Source: Phoronis australis
Taxonomy: Eukaryota; Animalia; Phoronida
Assembly (NCBI GenBank): GCA_002633005.1
Contig: NMRA01000546.1
Coordinates: 116,106-180,105 of the forward strand
DNA: 64,000 bases
Direction of reading: 5' to 3'
In this document: positions 12,825 through 26,100 of the stretch, piece by piece
Layout: the number at the start of each line of letters is the position of its first letter
Position numbering within the stretch: the stretch's first letter is position 1
The notes under the pieces: model-generated
The model's database searches: none
Told to the model about the DNA's origin: nothing
The model's input: only the letters and a program-made list of their open reading frames with translations
Made by a program: the position numbers and the translations under genes

Positions 12825-14389
12825 CTAACTGAGGACGGTCTCTCACGACGATTTATCGTTATGTTGTTGTTAAACTTCAATATGTTCGTATTGGTGCTAA
12901 AAAGTAGTGTTTCTAAATGTAATTTAAAATTCCAATGTTTCGATAATCTAAATTACATTGAGAATTGTGGATGTATTATGTCTGTTCGAGTACACCGAAA
13001 TACCATCAGTTTGCTAGTTTAGGTGATTTCAAAAACAACGTTAGCTGGCCTGTTAACCGCCCTTTTGTTACGTCAATAATTCTGGCCGGAAAACATCCCA
13101 AAAACATTCAACAATCACTAAATCATAAAAATGTGGTCTTCGATTGAAATTTGAACAAATTGTTCTAATACGCCATCTCACGTTTTTTTCTCTGACAAAG
13201 GTGACGTCCGACAGTCCGTCACCTTTCATGTTTCCCAAATGTTCTTACTGAGCCCCTCTAACAGGCGCACGTTTTTAATTCTGCTCCTAGTACACTGTCT
13301 CGGTTCAAACGCATCATTTCAAATTGAGATCTTCCCTGTACCATGCAAACATGGTTCCCCTTGCTAACACATGTTTCGGACGACAATCGCAATACTATTG
13401 TTGCGTACAAGCATCTGGAAGGCGTCCCAAATATATCAACATTCATTAAATTATAACACTGTGGTTCTAGTTTGAAATAACATTACTTTCGTATCCTCAA
13501 ATTATTTCCGGTTTTACATGTACCAGCTATTTCCTATGATGATGCTTCCTGTTGTAATATTGGCCGTGTTAGCATAAATTTAGACTTATACTATTATGGA
13601 AGGCGGAGTCTTGCTAGAGAGTGACAGCCAACAGTTGTGTTAGAGGCACTGAACACTTTCACGGGAAATGACACGAGTTTGATTATATAATAACAGTGTT
13701 ATTGAAGGGTGAGGAATAATTAACTGTGAACATAAGGCCGCTAAGGCACAACATGGTAATGTGACCGTCACAAGGTTTTGCAGAAAAGTTTTGCAATAGC
13801 ATTCAAACCTATTGGATTGCCTCATGCATATTGCAAATTTTGTGCGCACAACGCTGGACGATTACATTAAAATTTTACACAGCGCAGTTTCGGAGGTCAG
13901 ATTAAAAAGTGAAAGAAGTCGACTCTGCGTGAAATAATGAGATCCCAGCTCTTTTTACTTTCATTTGATTCCGAAAACAGCATTGAAACATAAGTTATCT
14001 TGAAGGAAGTTTTCATTTGACAGTTTCGGTAATTAAAGCTGGTGAAACAAGTACATTGATATGAGGAAAAAGTTATTAATAAATATCAGATTTGCTCCAT
14101 ATAATATTTTTACTTCAGTTGCTAAAACCGACCGTCTCAATAAAAAGAAACGTCTTAAGAGGACGGTGCATTCAAATAACAAACTGACAGTCCGGAACAA
14201 TTCAGAACAACACTTCATACAAACTAAAGAAAAATAAAAAAACATATACCAGATGACGGGTACAATTGAAAAACAACGGTTTCAAACGAAATCAGACGAA
14301 AATGTCATTTTTATCCGACTATTTCAGGTTCTAGACTTTAGTATACATGTAACTGCTGTCGTAAGTAGTCGCTTTGATATGACATAAGT

Positions 14390-14805
14390 AAGAATTATTG
14401 CTTTTGCGGTATCAATCAGGAAATTGATATGGTATGAGGGTGAATTATAAATTATATCCGAGAAATCACTTTATTGATAAGGTTTAAGGATAAATTATTA
14501 CTGATACCGTATATATCAGAGTGTTGACATGGTGTGGGATAAAATATTACCTAAACCGTATGAAGAAGCTACCCAATATATTACATGTACATGTCTATTA
14601 CTTATACCGTATAAACTCAGCTTGTTAATATGGCTTATACCCATAATTCACCTCGTTGACATGGTAGAAAGATGAATGACTGCTTATACCGATAATTCAG
14701 CTTGCTGATGCGGTACAATGAAGGTATATTACTGATACCGCTTAAAGCAGGTCGCTGAAATGATATAAGCATGAAATGTTAACTTTTCCGCAAAAAATAA
14801 CTATT
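14390..14805. repeat. Degenerate ~50-bp tandem array bracketed by weak inverted ends
   Basis: Units ttga(t/c)atggt...ttact(g/t)ataccg recur about 7 times. The left end aattattgcttttgcgg matches the right end ccgcaaaaaataactattt in inverted orientation. Confidence 0.55.
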
Positions 14806-14894
14806 TGAAACCTTATTTCAAGAAGGCAGTCTAGTTCAAATACTTAACAATATATTCCACAAAAAGTAATGTGTAACATGTCATGATGTTTATT

Positions 14895-15058
14895 TAATTG
14901 CTGCAAGTAGTTCATCCCTTTCAGTTGCCATCTTTTTTTCATCACATCACGTGACCTAATGAATATAAGTCCGAAAACATTTCTGCCCCCGACCGGGACT
15001 CGAAGCCATGACATTCTGCTAACCGTGCAGACGCTCTAGCCACTGAGCCATCGGGACC
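14895..15058 (-). mobile_element. tRNA-derived SINE
   Basis: Minus strand reads ggtcccgatggctcagtggctagagcg (A box) ... ggcttcgagtcc (B box), followed by a non-tRNA body (ttaggtcacgtgatgtgat, aactacttgca) shared with 33150-33290. Confidence 0.8.
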
Positions 15059-15729
15059 ACTTTTCGGACTTTCAAGGAGGAATATTTGTAGGAGCACATC
15101 ATTCATGCAATATACTTTTATTGACACACCGTGATTGCTTATAACTTGGGCCTTACTGCTTAATCATATCTTATTTCAAATGTTTTGATGTATATGCAGT
15201 GCAGATATACAATGGCATAGACAAGAGGTAGTCATTTTAACTTTCCATAATAACCACCAAATTTGTTACGTGACTTCTGTCCATGACCTACTTTTAGAGA
15301 CTACGGAGTAGAGTATGTTATGTCTGGCAATGGATTTCTGCAATTGAATATGAAGTTAATTAAACATGCTAAAGCCGTACAAAAATATCGTGTATTTCTC
15401 AATAAAAATTCACTGGTCTATTGTGTTATGTTTCAATTTGATGAAGAGAAATATAATGCACAACTCATTCATTTCTGTATGAACGCTGACACATTCTTAG
15501 TGCGAATAATTTAAATCAGCGTCAATATTTTCTACATGTAATTTGCCATACTTCTGTTTTATACCTTTGTCCTACTGTCACGTACATAGAAATTCATTTG
15601 GTAATTTTTTATAATCAAATCTGAATTACTTATTTGTGAAGCTTTCACTTTAGCTTGGTATTCAAATTTTCTGAGCCGAAATGGCCACATTTAGTTTAAT
15701 ATGTTTAATTTTTCATTAATACAGTTTTA

Positions 15730-16260
15730 GGAATCGGAAAGGCTTATGCTGAAGAAGTGGCTTCTGCGGGGTATGGAAAAGTTCAAAACCAGCAACAAGG
15801 TACCCTTCTGGACAACTAAGTAAGGGGGCTAGAGAGAGGCTGAAATGTGTACTCCCAGAAGATGTGTCAAAGAAAATTTGTAACTTGAGGAACGAGTCGG
15901 GCAAAAAGTATTTGCCAAAGATTACCGGCTTACACCACAACAGGTCCAAAGTAATTTGATGAGATTTGCAACCCTCAGCATATGTGGGGAAACTGTGATA
16001 GCTGGATACAGGAGATATGACAGAGGAAGTGGAGCATGCATTGGAATGAGACAATCTGCGCTCTAAGATTGTCAATGATGTAGCATTGTAAAAATTCAAA
16101 GGGAGGAAACAGCACTGTGGCTGGACCTGTAAATACTCTGGCTGATCTGCTAAATCCAGTGGTGGCATTGTTATGTCAATGCAGCTGTGAAGAGAAGTAG
16201 GCTTGAGTTGTTGCAAGCTTTGTTTGCACCAGAACTGCTGTGTGAACAGCACAAATCTAA
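15730..16260 (+). pseudogene. Academ-type transposase C-terminal remnant (stops and frameshifts)
   Basis: Readable motifs are GIGK, KYLPKITGLHHNRSKVI and a Cys-rich tail (CGWTCKYSG..CSC..GLSCCKLCLHQNC). They match from memory the GIGK / L..H..R / CxC tail of Academ transposases. Confidence 0.6.
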
Positions 16261-17972
16261 ATTTACCTGGATTGAATTTTTGTCCAGGCACCGACCATGA
16301 TCCTGGGCCAGTGGATTAAGTTGGTACAGCCACATGGTAATGGTACATTGTTCTTTTTGGTACAGCCACTGGGTTTTTGGTCTGACAGGATTTTTCAGTG
16401 AGGCTATCATATTTAGATGATTTCTGACCACTGATCTGTTTCTTTTCCTTGAAATTGCGTAATTGATCTGAATTTATGTTTCGGCATTTTATTTACCATC
16501 ATAGATTTTTTGTTTTTAAATGGGTATTTACAGTATTACTGAAATTTGAGCCCCTGTTGCACTTAGGATAATTTTGTTAACTTGTTGTTATACCTGGGTT
16601 ATAAACCCACATTCTGTCCACGAGAAATTTTGATCTAGACCATTTACATGTACCTCTATAAACTATGCTCATTTTGTTCATTATCCAGATGGGATGTGAT
16701 TTCTGGAATTGCAGCGAATTGACAGTTTGCTATCCTCTATTGTGTACAAATTCACAAACTAATAGACTGGTCTCTAGCACTTGCATATTGCCAGATCTTT
16801 AGAAATTCTGAAATTGCTCAAAAGTGACCTGGAAATAATACCTATTTCATGATGGTAAAATTTCTAAATCAAAAGTTGTTTTATGTGATTTTAGACGAGT
16901 TTATGTCCACTTCAAATGATTTCTGTTGCAGTACTGAACAGTATTGGCACATTAGCTCTAGTGGCTCCTTGGTTTTTGGCGAATTGACCATTTTATGGTT
17001 CCCATGGGTAATTTTGTTACTGGTCTAGTATGTATATACAACTGTAATCGTAGAGCAATTGTAATGCAAAATATGTTGCAAAAGTATTTTTCCATGACCA
17101 AAGGTGGCACCATTGTGAATTGCAAGTTTGTGCTTGTTTAATGAACTTTTGCCTCATTTTCTGAGACTTTTTATTTCTCAGAGGCCGACTTTTTTACTCA
17201 CTTCGCCAATTGGTGGTTCAGCGCATAGTCATTCGAATGATTTTAGAGAACTGCAAACCCGGAATTCCGTCAGGAAAATTTCTGCGGTCTTCGTTTTAAG
17301 TCGTGGGAAAAACCGTGGTCATGCCACCAAACTTATCATTCATTTGTTTGTACAATGCTTTGCGGGAACATTTGATCAACAGAAAATCTTACTTGAATAT
17401 CTGTGAAGAAATACCCATTAGGACATTGGAAAGCATAACAATGTAAGTCAAAATAACCTACATTTGTCGAGTTCATGTCTAACAATGTTCACTGTGGAGG
17501 ACATAATCGGCTTTTTACAAAATGGAGCCATGTATGGTATCTAGGACTACTACAGCCCTTGGTTGTGAGTAGTAAAACATTCAAAACACTCAGGAGGAAC
17601 TAACTTGTTGCAGAATGTTGAAAAAACATGAAGGACAACCTGATTTTACGTGTTCACGCATCGATCTCAGATATAGGAAAAAATTCTCATTTTAGTACAT
17701 TTGAGGTGCCAAAATGTACAACTAATCAACTGGCTGACAAAGGTTTTATTTTATGCAGTGAAAGTAACATGTTTTAGTCAACATTTTGGCCAAATTTCAT
17801 TCTCATAACAGTGGGGGCAGATTTGGTACAGCAGTGTATTGAACATAACCTCAAAATGGCATAACGGGGGTACTGTGGTAAAACTACTAAATGAGGGTGC
17901 TAAATCGGAATATGTTTTCAAGACATCTGTGTAACAATCTATAGGCACCACTAAACAATGTCAAGTGAATAA

Positions 17973-19334
17973 TACCGTAGCCGTCCGCGTTACCGCCCCG
18001 GGCGCTTAAATTGGGAATCTAAGAATACAGGGGGTGTGCGGTAACCCGAGCATGGGCGGTTAAAATCTAATTTTTTGAAATCTCAGGAGTTGTTGCTGAC
18101 TGCACGGAGGACCGATATTACCCGAACGGAGCTACACTGACGTCGTACTTCAAACATATCAATTAAAATATAGGTCGGGGGGATTGAAGTAACGGATTTC
18201 GACGGCCTGCACACACGATGCAATGGCGTCGTGATCCTGAGCGTGATAGGGTGTTTACCTACCTCGGTCGCTGCTGGTCATCTCTTAGAACTAAGGTATT
18301 ACTACACGTAGATAAGACAGATCAAACAAGACTTCGCTAGTTCGCGGCGTATTTTAGGGAAGCACTCGATTGTGTAAAGATTTGGTTCCCGCTGGTCACT
18401 TAGGCAACCAAGCACGTGCTAATGATTGACAGGTCTTCTTATTGAATACTTTGAGCAATGGAACATTTTATATACATTTTATATTTCTTTTTTAGTTCAA
18501 AGCCAAAACCGCTGCCGTTCAAAGCACATGCTCAACAATCGGACGATGCTATTATTAGTCAATAGGGGGTACTTGTTCAGTTTCCAAAATAATGAAGCAA
18601 ATACACATCTTGTAAAACGTCATCAGGCAAATCAAATGTTTAAAAAAATAAATTTTTGACCACGTAGAACATTGACAGAATGCTCACTTGCGCTATTGAC
18701 AAGTTGATTGTTTTGGGCTCTTGGCTTTTGTTGGACGCTTCCATTTTGGTGTCAGGAGTGAGTCATTAAAAACATGCGTTTAACCAAGACGGGAACAGCG
18801 ACACAAGTTGGCTTGTCACAATGGACCATGTTTTTTCTCATTTCAATGCTCAGGGAGGTTATGTTTCGTAAACTCTTACGGGGAATCACAGAAAGGTGGG
18901 CCACAGACGTGATATCCCTGTCAAGAACTGGTTTGCTGGTTCTTCTGCAGCAAATGAAATACATTCGACAAGCGCTGTTTCTGTGATCAGTACATGTCAA
19001 CATGAGTTCTGCGCGTGAGCCAAAGGAAACAATTGTGTCTCCTTCAGTAACAGGTATGAGAATACGGGTATTTTACCGCCATACTAAGGCAAAGGTCCCG
19101 GTTCCGCTAAAACGGATTAATTGTCACAGAAAGGTAAGCGAGTTGCGCACGTTTTGGAATCCTAACTCTGTGCGACGAAAGTTCACAGAACCACAGATAC
19201 TCTTACGGAAGTCTCGATCATGATAAGTTGGGGGTGGGCGGTAAGCAGAGCAGGGGAGCTTAAAAGTGGAAATTTGAAATTTTCGGGGGTGGGCGGTAAG
19301 CCGAGCATGAGTGGTAACCCGGACGGGTACGGTA
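17973..19334. mobile_element. Non-autonomous Tc1/mariner (pogo/Tigger-like) element with TA target site, nested in the Academ copy
   Basis: Terminal inverted repeat (TIR) taccgtagccgtccgcgttacc versus ggtaacccggacgggtacggta (20/22 match). The paralogous position near 37525 is an empty site. Confidence 0.85.
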
Positions 19335-19674
19335 GTTCAACAGCTTTCATTCAAAGAAAAATATAAACAGTTAAATCTAGACAGTTTTTATAGCGTGAAA
19401 ACAGGGCTGCGAAGCCGTAAAATGTGTTTGAGCCTATAACTTTGGTAAACGTAATATTTTAAGGAAATAGTTTACCACTGTTTATAGATCCCATAGCACT
19501 ACCTATGTGCCAAATTTGGTGAAAATTGGTTGACCCCCAACTTGCTGCTGCATGGCTGGTGCTCTCGTGGACTAGTACTTAAATAATGAAAATAGTTATG
19601 TGACGTCACCAGCTGACAGCCAAAGTGGTGTCGAATATTGCGTGAGTATTATGAAAAGTTTAGAGTACGGATGA

Positions 19675-19850
19675 TGCGGTAACATCAACTGGACAGACAA
19701 TATTTCTGTTTTTGCGTTTCCAAAGCACCTCAATATCGCCCAGAAATGGCACAGTTTGTGCTACGTACGGATAGTACAAGGTGGAGGAAGCGGAACGTTC
19801 AAGCGGTAGGCTGTGCTCAGCCCGTTACGAAGAATTGTGTTTCAATCTGT
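19675..19850 (+). pseudogene. Decayed THAP zinc-finger coding remnant (Kolobok/P-type transposon)
   Basis: Across frameshifts it reads CGN..DNISVFAFPKHLNIAQKW / QFVLRTD..W / RLCSARYEELCF, which follows the THAP C..FP..W..LCS.HF pattern. Confidence 0.6.
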
Positions 19851-20224
19851 CCCTGACCGTGATTTTACAAAGGTTTCTGCAAAGTTATCTGTATTTGATT
19901 AAAGAAATTTGTATTGTCTTGGATCATTCCTAGGAACGTAATTGTCAGGCAAATATTAAGTACGCTCCTGAGCATCAACAATGTGATTAAGACGATTGCT
20001 GTAAGTTTTCACAAGTCTATTCTGATTTATGATTTTGTGGGAATGCATACTAACCACACATACGCTAATGCCCAGTAGTATAAAATTTGATGCCGTGCAA
20101 TTCGTTTCGGATCATGACAGTAACCGGTAGAGAGTATGTAGTCGACTCTGGACCGAAATATTCGACAAAACACAACGGTGGAAAAGCTTTCATTTTTGGA
20201 AAATAAAAGGCAGCAACGAGTATC

Positions 20225-21040
20225 AACTAGGAAGATTATTGTCACGGCGTGACAATAACGGACTCTGCGCGTGCGTATTACTGGAATTATTATGGGAAGT
20301 TTCTGACAGCAACCCGTTTACCAATATGAAAAGGAATTCTTTAAAATTGTAGGAGAAATTACATATTAATTTTTTGATGACCTTTCCACTAATTGACCTC
20401 TTCCGGTGCATTATGAGCCCAGATGAGGGACTAATTGTTAACTCGAATAAAAGTGTGGTTAATGCTAATAATCACCGATGTTTTACTTTAAGCACTTCAG
20501 AATACAAGCTAAATGAAGTGGTCAAACTTTCAGAGGAAAAATGCACCTAATGACCCCATGGGTGCATCAAATGACCTGAAAATTTAGCATTCATACTCAA
20601 TCGCATTTAGTAAACAAATACGTAATTCTGAAGTCTCTAGCTCATTATTTTAGTTTCCACTCAATGACCTTTGACCTATTTCACCTGATTGGATGACCCG
20701 ATTACTTAGAAAAGTATTTTTTAAATTGTCATGTTGACTTATACCTGTGCACCGAATTTGAAAAAGATAGCTTTGAAACTGAAGAAGTAGCATTTTGAAA
20801 ATTATTACCTTTGCACCAAACGACCTCTTCCGGTGCAATATGGAATATGATTATATAACCAATCAAAATGTATATACCGTCAAAAGACTTATGCTGATTT
20901 TAAAGACCGTACCTGCACCCAATTTGGAGTTATTAAGCCTCAAAAGTGGTCGGAAGAAGAATAAGAATAAGAAGGATAAGAATAAAATTGAAAAAAACCC
21001 AGGAACAATAGTACTCTGCGCTTACACACGCAGAGTAATT
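20225..21040 (-). mobile_element. Helentron-associated interspersed element (HINE, DINE-1-like)
   Basis: Sub-terminal inverted repeat actctgcg (20262) / cgcagagt (21029); hairpin actctgcgcttacacacgcagagt; AAGAAT microsatellite ~20955-20985; terminal palindrome ttattgtcacggcgtgacaataa followed by CTAG-TT on the minus strand; internal duplicated gacctcttccggtgca. Confidence 0.75.
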
Positions 21041-22159
21041 ACCAGAAATAAAACCCAGTTATCATCGCTATAATTAGATATGATGGTTCCTGACAAACGC
21101 ACACAGCATTCCAAGAATTGAAACAAGTGTCTGATATTCGTGACTGGTGTTCTACAGTCTGGGAAAGACTTTGCTTAGATTAATAGTTTGAGAGATAAAT
21201 ACAATACTCGACAGTAAAATGGTTAGAAAATTTAATCATTATTGAATAAGTATAGGTTATCGACATACATAACAATACTACTGCCCTATCCGTATCTATC
21301 GAATATCTGCTAGATTGTAACGCACCAAGTCACCCGGGGAATCTACGACATTTAATATCGGCCTTACCGAGACAATTTTCGAACGGTTTTTAAACAGATG
21401 TGCCCAAGAAGTGCTACATAAAACACCTTCTGCTTTACAGGTTGAGTTATTTTTTAGTTACAATGTACACCTGGTTCGTCACATTGTGTTCCATAGCCAA
21501 ATTAATACAGTGAACGTGTCAATGCTGCGTTCACTCTGGCAAATGAACTCTGATGACGCGCACGCGCTAGCTCACTCAGAGACGTACATGTGCGCAGACG
21601 AACTTCAAAACAAACGTAACGTGACGTGACAGCAACATGCGTGTTTGTCAAGAGACTTTTCTCGTGTTTCTAGGAACGATATTCCTCAGACTTGAACTTA
21701 ACCTGCAGCTAATCCCGATTCTACACGAAGTAAAAAATCTTAGTGACGCAATTTGGAAAAGTTAGTTGGATTTCAGGTAATTTTTTGGGTTGGAATTGTA
21801 TTTTTATTCAAGAATTCAAGCTGCCCTATCGACGATCGCGATCAGTTGGCACGTTTTCGCACTGTGATTTCAGCACAATGTTGTGAAAAATGATCGTAAT
21901 TTAACAACGAAGTTTGATTGTGATGCACTACAATTTTGCAGAAAGTCTGTCACAGGCCACAAAGAATTCACAGAGCGTAATTGTGATAAAGCCTAGCTTC
22001 AGACTTCACTAGATATGAAGACCGCGTTTCAACCGGTTATTGCCACACTAAACACCCCAAACCCCTGAAACGACTTTTAAGCGTTCGGGGTGCTTATTTG
22101 AGCGGGTCAATTTGCCTCGACAAGGAACAGTAGTCGAAATGCATGAAAATAGTGCTAAG

Positions 22160-22281
22160 CACAGGCGTCCTCAGCTTCTGATCGTCCCCAATACACCATA
22201 CATGTATATATGGATATAATTATATAGAAGTATAGATGTACGTGATGTATTGGAGGCTATCACAAGCTGAGAACGCCTGTG
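22160..22281. mobile_element. 122-bp hairpin MITE, possibly hAT-type
   Basis: Inverted arms cacaggcgtcctcagcttctgat..ccaataca / tgtattgg..atcacaagctgagaacgcctgtg. The flanks gtgctaag / gtgctaca match 6/8 and may be an 8-bp TSD. Confidence 0.75.
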
Positions 22282-22980
22282 GTGCTACATATAAGAAAGT
22301 AGGAACTCTGAGACAAGCAGGGCCGCTGCCGATGTAAACTGTCTAGAATCAAGGTATCACGGTAACAGCCGAAGTGGAAGACTTCATTTGATATGCGTCA
22401 TAATTAGGTGTTCAGTGCTTTTTCTCTACAGCTTGAATCATGTTTTGTGTTCATGGCATAAAATCTAATTCCTGTATTGAGAAGGTGGGGGTCACCGTAA
22501 AAGAGATCCAACTACTCGTCACACATTCCTCACGGTGACCACAACTAAATCATTCGTTCTGCAATTTGAGTTGACTGTTACTTTGCGCAATAATCAACAC
22601 CATGCTCTTTTTGCATTTCAGGTAGTGCAAATTCCAGGTATTTGCGCACTTTTGTCGTCCACATTTCTTACGAAGACGCCTTAAAGACAGCATCCAGTGG
22701 CTAAAACACCTTTTTGGCACCAAATTGTAAACATTGTTAATAAAAAGCATTGTTTTTGCTTGTTACATACCATGGAAAGTAATTAATTGCGACGGAAATT
22801 ACACCGTTCATAATTCGTAGCCCCTAGTCGAGAACCACCGAAAAGATCTCAACCAATCAGCGTAAAGTGGTTCATATGACATCATCGTGGCCATGAAATT
22901 ACAGGGAAGCCACACTGCGTAACAGTAACAGCTGAGTCCTATTTCTTGGACGTTGTGCACTTGTCGATCTCTGGGCTAAA

Positions 22981-23106
22981 ATTCTTCGTTGCGTGGTGTG
23001 CGGGTGTAGCAATGTCAACGACAATGTGATACATTTGCACAACTTCCCCACCGATCACATCGTGCACCGTGCGTGAAATAGATTCGTATCCACGACGAGG
23101 ACTGTC
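22981..23106 (+). pseudogene. THAP domain N-terminal remnant
   Basis: Translates ILRCVVCGCSNVNDNVIHLHNFPTDHIVHRA*NRFVSTTRT, with TGA in place of the conserved Trp. It runs into the dispersed repeat at 23205-23540. Confidence 0.75.
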
Positions 23107-26100
23107 GACAAACTTTCCCGATCGGCAAGATCTGTTTAAGGCTTGGTGCAAAGCTGTATACAAAATCTACAGCTTCGCCTTGATGCGTGTGGGTGTCACG
23201 AGCGTACTGTTTTCAAAACGACGACAGACTTTCTTTGTTACAAAACTTAAAATGCGGAGAGTAATGCTAGAAAATGACGTTTCAATAGTTTATTCTTACA
23301 TGTACCTTAAACGACTGGCAACGGGCAAGGTGAGGGTCCGAAGTGTCTCTGATTTTGCATGCACCCGGCCGTCTGTCGTTGGCTCTGCGATATAAGTTTC
23401 ATGACGAGGTGCACAACTCATACCCGGTCTGTATGAAATTTCGTGATAGACTTCGGTCTATATTCTATGGTTCAATTCACGGTGTTACCTAGCTGTAATT
23501 TGGCGATAGTCTTCAAACCGTTAGCTGGTTGGCTACAAAAATCTCCAGTGCGGCCCAAATCTGGAATATTCTGCCTGATTTGGGTCGTTTAAGTAGGCCG
23601 AACGGAATTCTGATACTGAATTTAAAACGTTCAATTGATTACAATTTCTTACAACTGGGTACGTTTTCACATTGTGAAATTGCAGATAACAATTCACACG
23701 AAGCGTTTTGTTTTCCTGGCTGTTACGTCGTCCCTAGTCACACTCCCTGGGATCGGGCCCGTATTAGAATGTGTGCTAAATATATAAATAAAACTCCCAA
23801 AGGTATTGATTTTGATTAATTTTAATATTAACTGACATGAAGTGAAAAAAATAATGTGTTTCCTTGATTTTCTACGTATTTTGCACTAAATTAAATGGTC
23901 TGTCATAGCTGGTTCCAATAGTGTGGTGACACAATGAAAGCCAAATTCGTGGTAACGATGATGTCATAGACTTCGATTAGTGCAAGCGCCTTCTCAAGTT
24001 TTTTGGCGCTAAATCGGGTTCGTGATGGGGCTACTGTATTGTCGAAGGCCTACTTAATTAACGAATGGGGCATGGTATGACAAAGTATTTTGATGTTTTT
24101 CATCAATAAATGTATTTTAGATGTAAAAATAGTTATTTCGGCAGCGTACTAGGCTTTTAATCCCTAGGAAACCCCCAAAGCAGTTTCCTTACCCCAATGA
24201 AATAATGCACAGTTTTTTATTATTAGTTAATTTCACAAATCAAATAACAGTTGCGTATCATTTGGAATTCCTAGTTTTTTCTGCATTTTATTATTTTTAA
24301 GGGTATAAGGTGTGCTGTTTTCAGTAAAACAGCAATTTATTTACACATAGAAGTTCCTGATTATACTTGTACTTCTTGTTCTTCAGGAAGACACTACGTG
24401 GCGCTTGATACAAATTTGATTATTCTCGTTTTATGAAACACAGTATTCCAATTCATATCGTCTAACACTTGATTCAGTTGTGCTGATAAGAAATAGGTCA
24501 TGAAAATTTTATGCATTCTACACCGATATGTACATGTGCGTGTTTGCGAGAAGGACCGAAACATTATCCACTTGGTCGACAATGATTCCATACTTTGCTG
24601 CTCTGCAAATGATGTGTTTACTAATTTTCTCGACATTTTCCAAATCTGTGTATGATTGTTGAAAGGAACGTTTCATATTAAGTTTATACTACCTTTGTCG
24701 CAGCACATGCTATCTCCAAATAATACTACCATGGCCAGGGCTCAGAAATGGTAAATCAAACACTGGTTGCATCTCAGCTTCCTACTAATGCGATGCCTGT
24801 TGTTGCAGATAACAACAATACCGGATATATAACAGGATGGACTGGTGGCTATTTTTTCGGAATGATGCATCGAAACTCGTGCTAAACCCTATAAATAGCC
24901 AGATATTCCACTGCCTATATATGGGTATGCCCATATGTTAATAATCATTCAAGCCAAAATATTCCCAGCAATTGTCCGAGACGAGACTTAAGATATGGGG
25001 GCTTCTTCAAGCAGAAAGGTAATGTATAAATCCTTTCATAAGACTATTCGTCGTCCTTGTAACATGATCGGGTCCTCATCCGCCACTTGTTTTATGTTGA
25101 ATATTTATTATCAAAATTAGATTGCTTGACCCTCCACGTTAGGGTGACATAGCAAAATTACAAGTTCGTGCAGATAGGTATTTTGAATAAATATAACGGT
25201 ACGTAAATGTACATTTTGACATCCAAATGCAGGTCAATTGGCGAAAAAGATATCTTTAATTATTGTTTTATATATCGTTAATACCTCATTTATTCAAAAT
25301 GGCGTGAGATCAGAATTTACCAACGTCAACAACAGGGGGAGCTTTTTGATGAACTTGACTGTATTGAATCTGGCAAGTTTGGATACAGCCAAACTGTTCA
25401 GTGGATGGTACCGGGCTATACTGTGATGACTAGGTCTCCGTATTTTTGGAACCAGCAATAACTTTGAAACAGTCGTGCAGCGACTCTAGAAAATGCTTCA
25501 GATCTCTTTTGTGTTGACGAACCTTAAAATCGAAAATAAATTACTTGATTTAGCGATGCTGTCGTTGTCACAAAGCATCCATATGTTAAAGTCCCAAACT
25601 GGGTCCATGTTGACGACTAAAAGGTGACAAGATGTAGCTTCATGCTTAACATCGCAATATGAAGGTGCTGGAGCGACGACGGAGGATCAGGGTTCTATTT
25701 TACACTCCAACTGATTTCGGAAAATTATTTTTGCCAGTTATGTTACCTTAAGAAATGTGAATTTACGAAGTTGTTATACCTAAAACGACGACCCATGCGT
25801 TTTCGTGATTCCACATGTTAGTAAAGTTATCCTTTTCATGAAAACCTTTGTTGGCATGCGTTTAAAATGTAGCAGAATATTTTAAAATTTTAAAATAATT
25901 CACGGGTCCTCAGCCAAACTTCGATACGACTCTAGCAAACAATGAACATTGTGAGACTTATACATTTATTTGGTCAGAGAGTATCTGAGAGACGATCTGA
26001 GAACTAAAACTACTACAAGTAGATGGGTTTTTATATTTTTGGGAATAAATGCTAAAACAAATTTTTATCATAAGCAGAAAGGGACTTTGTTGTCATTTTT

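Larger units (their letters stand above)
15076..19574 (+). mobile_element. Truncated Academ DNA transposon copy (inverted sister of 37279-42103), containing a nested MITE
   Basis: Collinear reverse-complement similarity of 15076-17100 to ~39130-40858, and of 17240-19574 (excluding the MITE) to 37279-38260. Ends ...ctcgtggacta. Confidence 0.8.

Noticed and set aside
14985-15058. Functional tRNA gene (also 33150-33200 and 32270-32345)
   Set aside because: The cloverleaf is imperfect or incomplete and continues into non-tRNA body sequence, which is shared between the first two copies, so these are SINE heads.
15730-15770. GIGKAYAEEVAS as a short-chain dehydrogenase Rossmann motif
   Set aside because: No other SDR motifs follow. 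It lies inside the Academ element, upstream of transposase-like motifs.
15716-16291. 191-aa minus-strand ORF, the longest in the track
   Set aside because: It is the antisense shadow of the decayed transposase on the plus strand.
24394-24636. LINE linker-like peptide (LDDMNWNTVF)
   Set aside because: Similarity is too weak, with no adjacent endonuclease or RT motifs.
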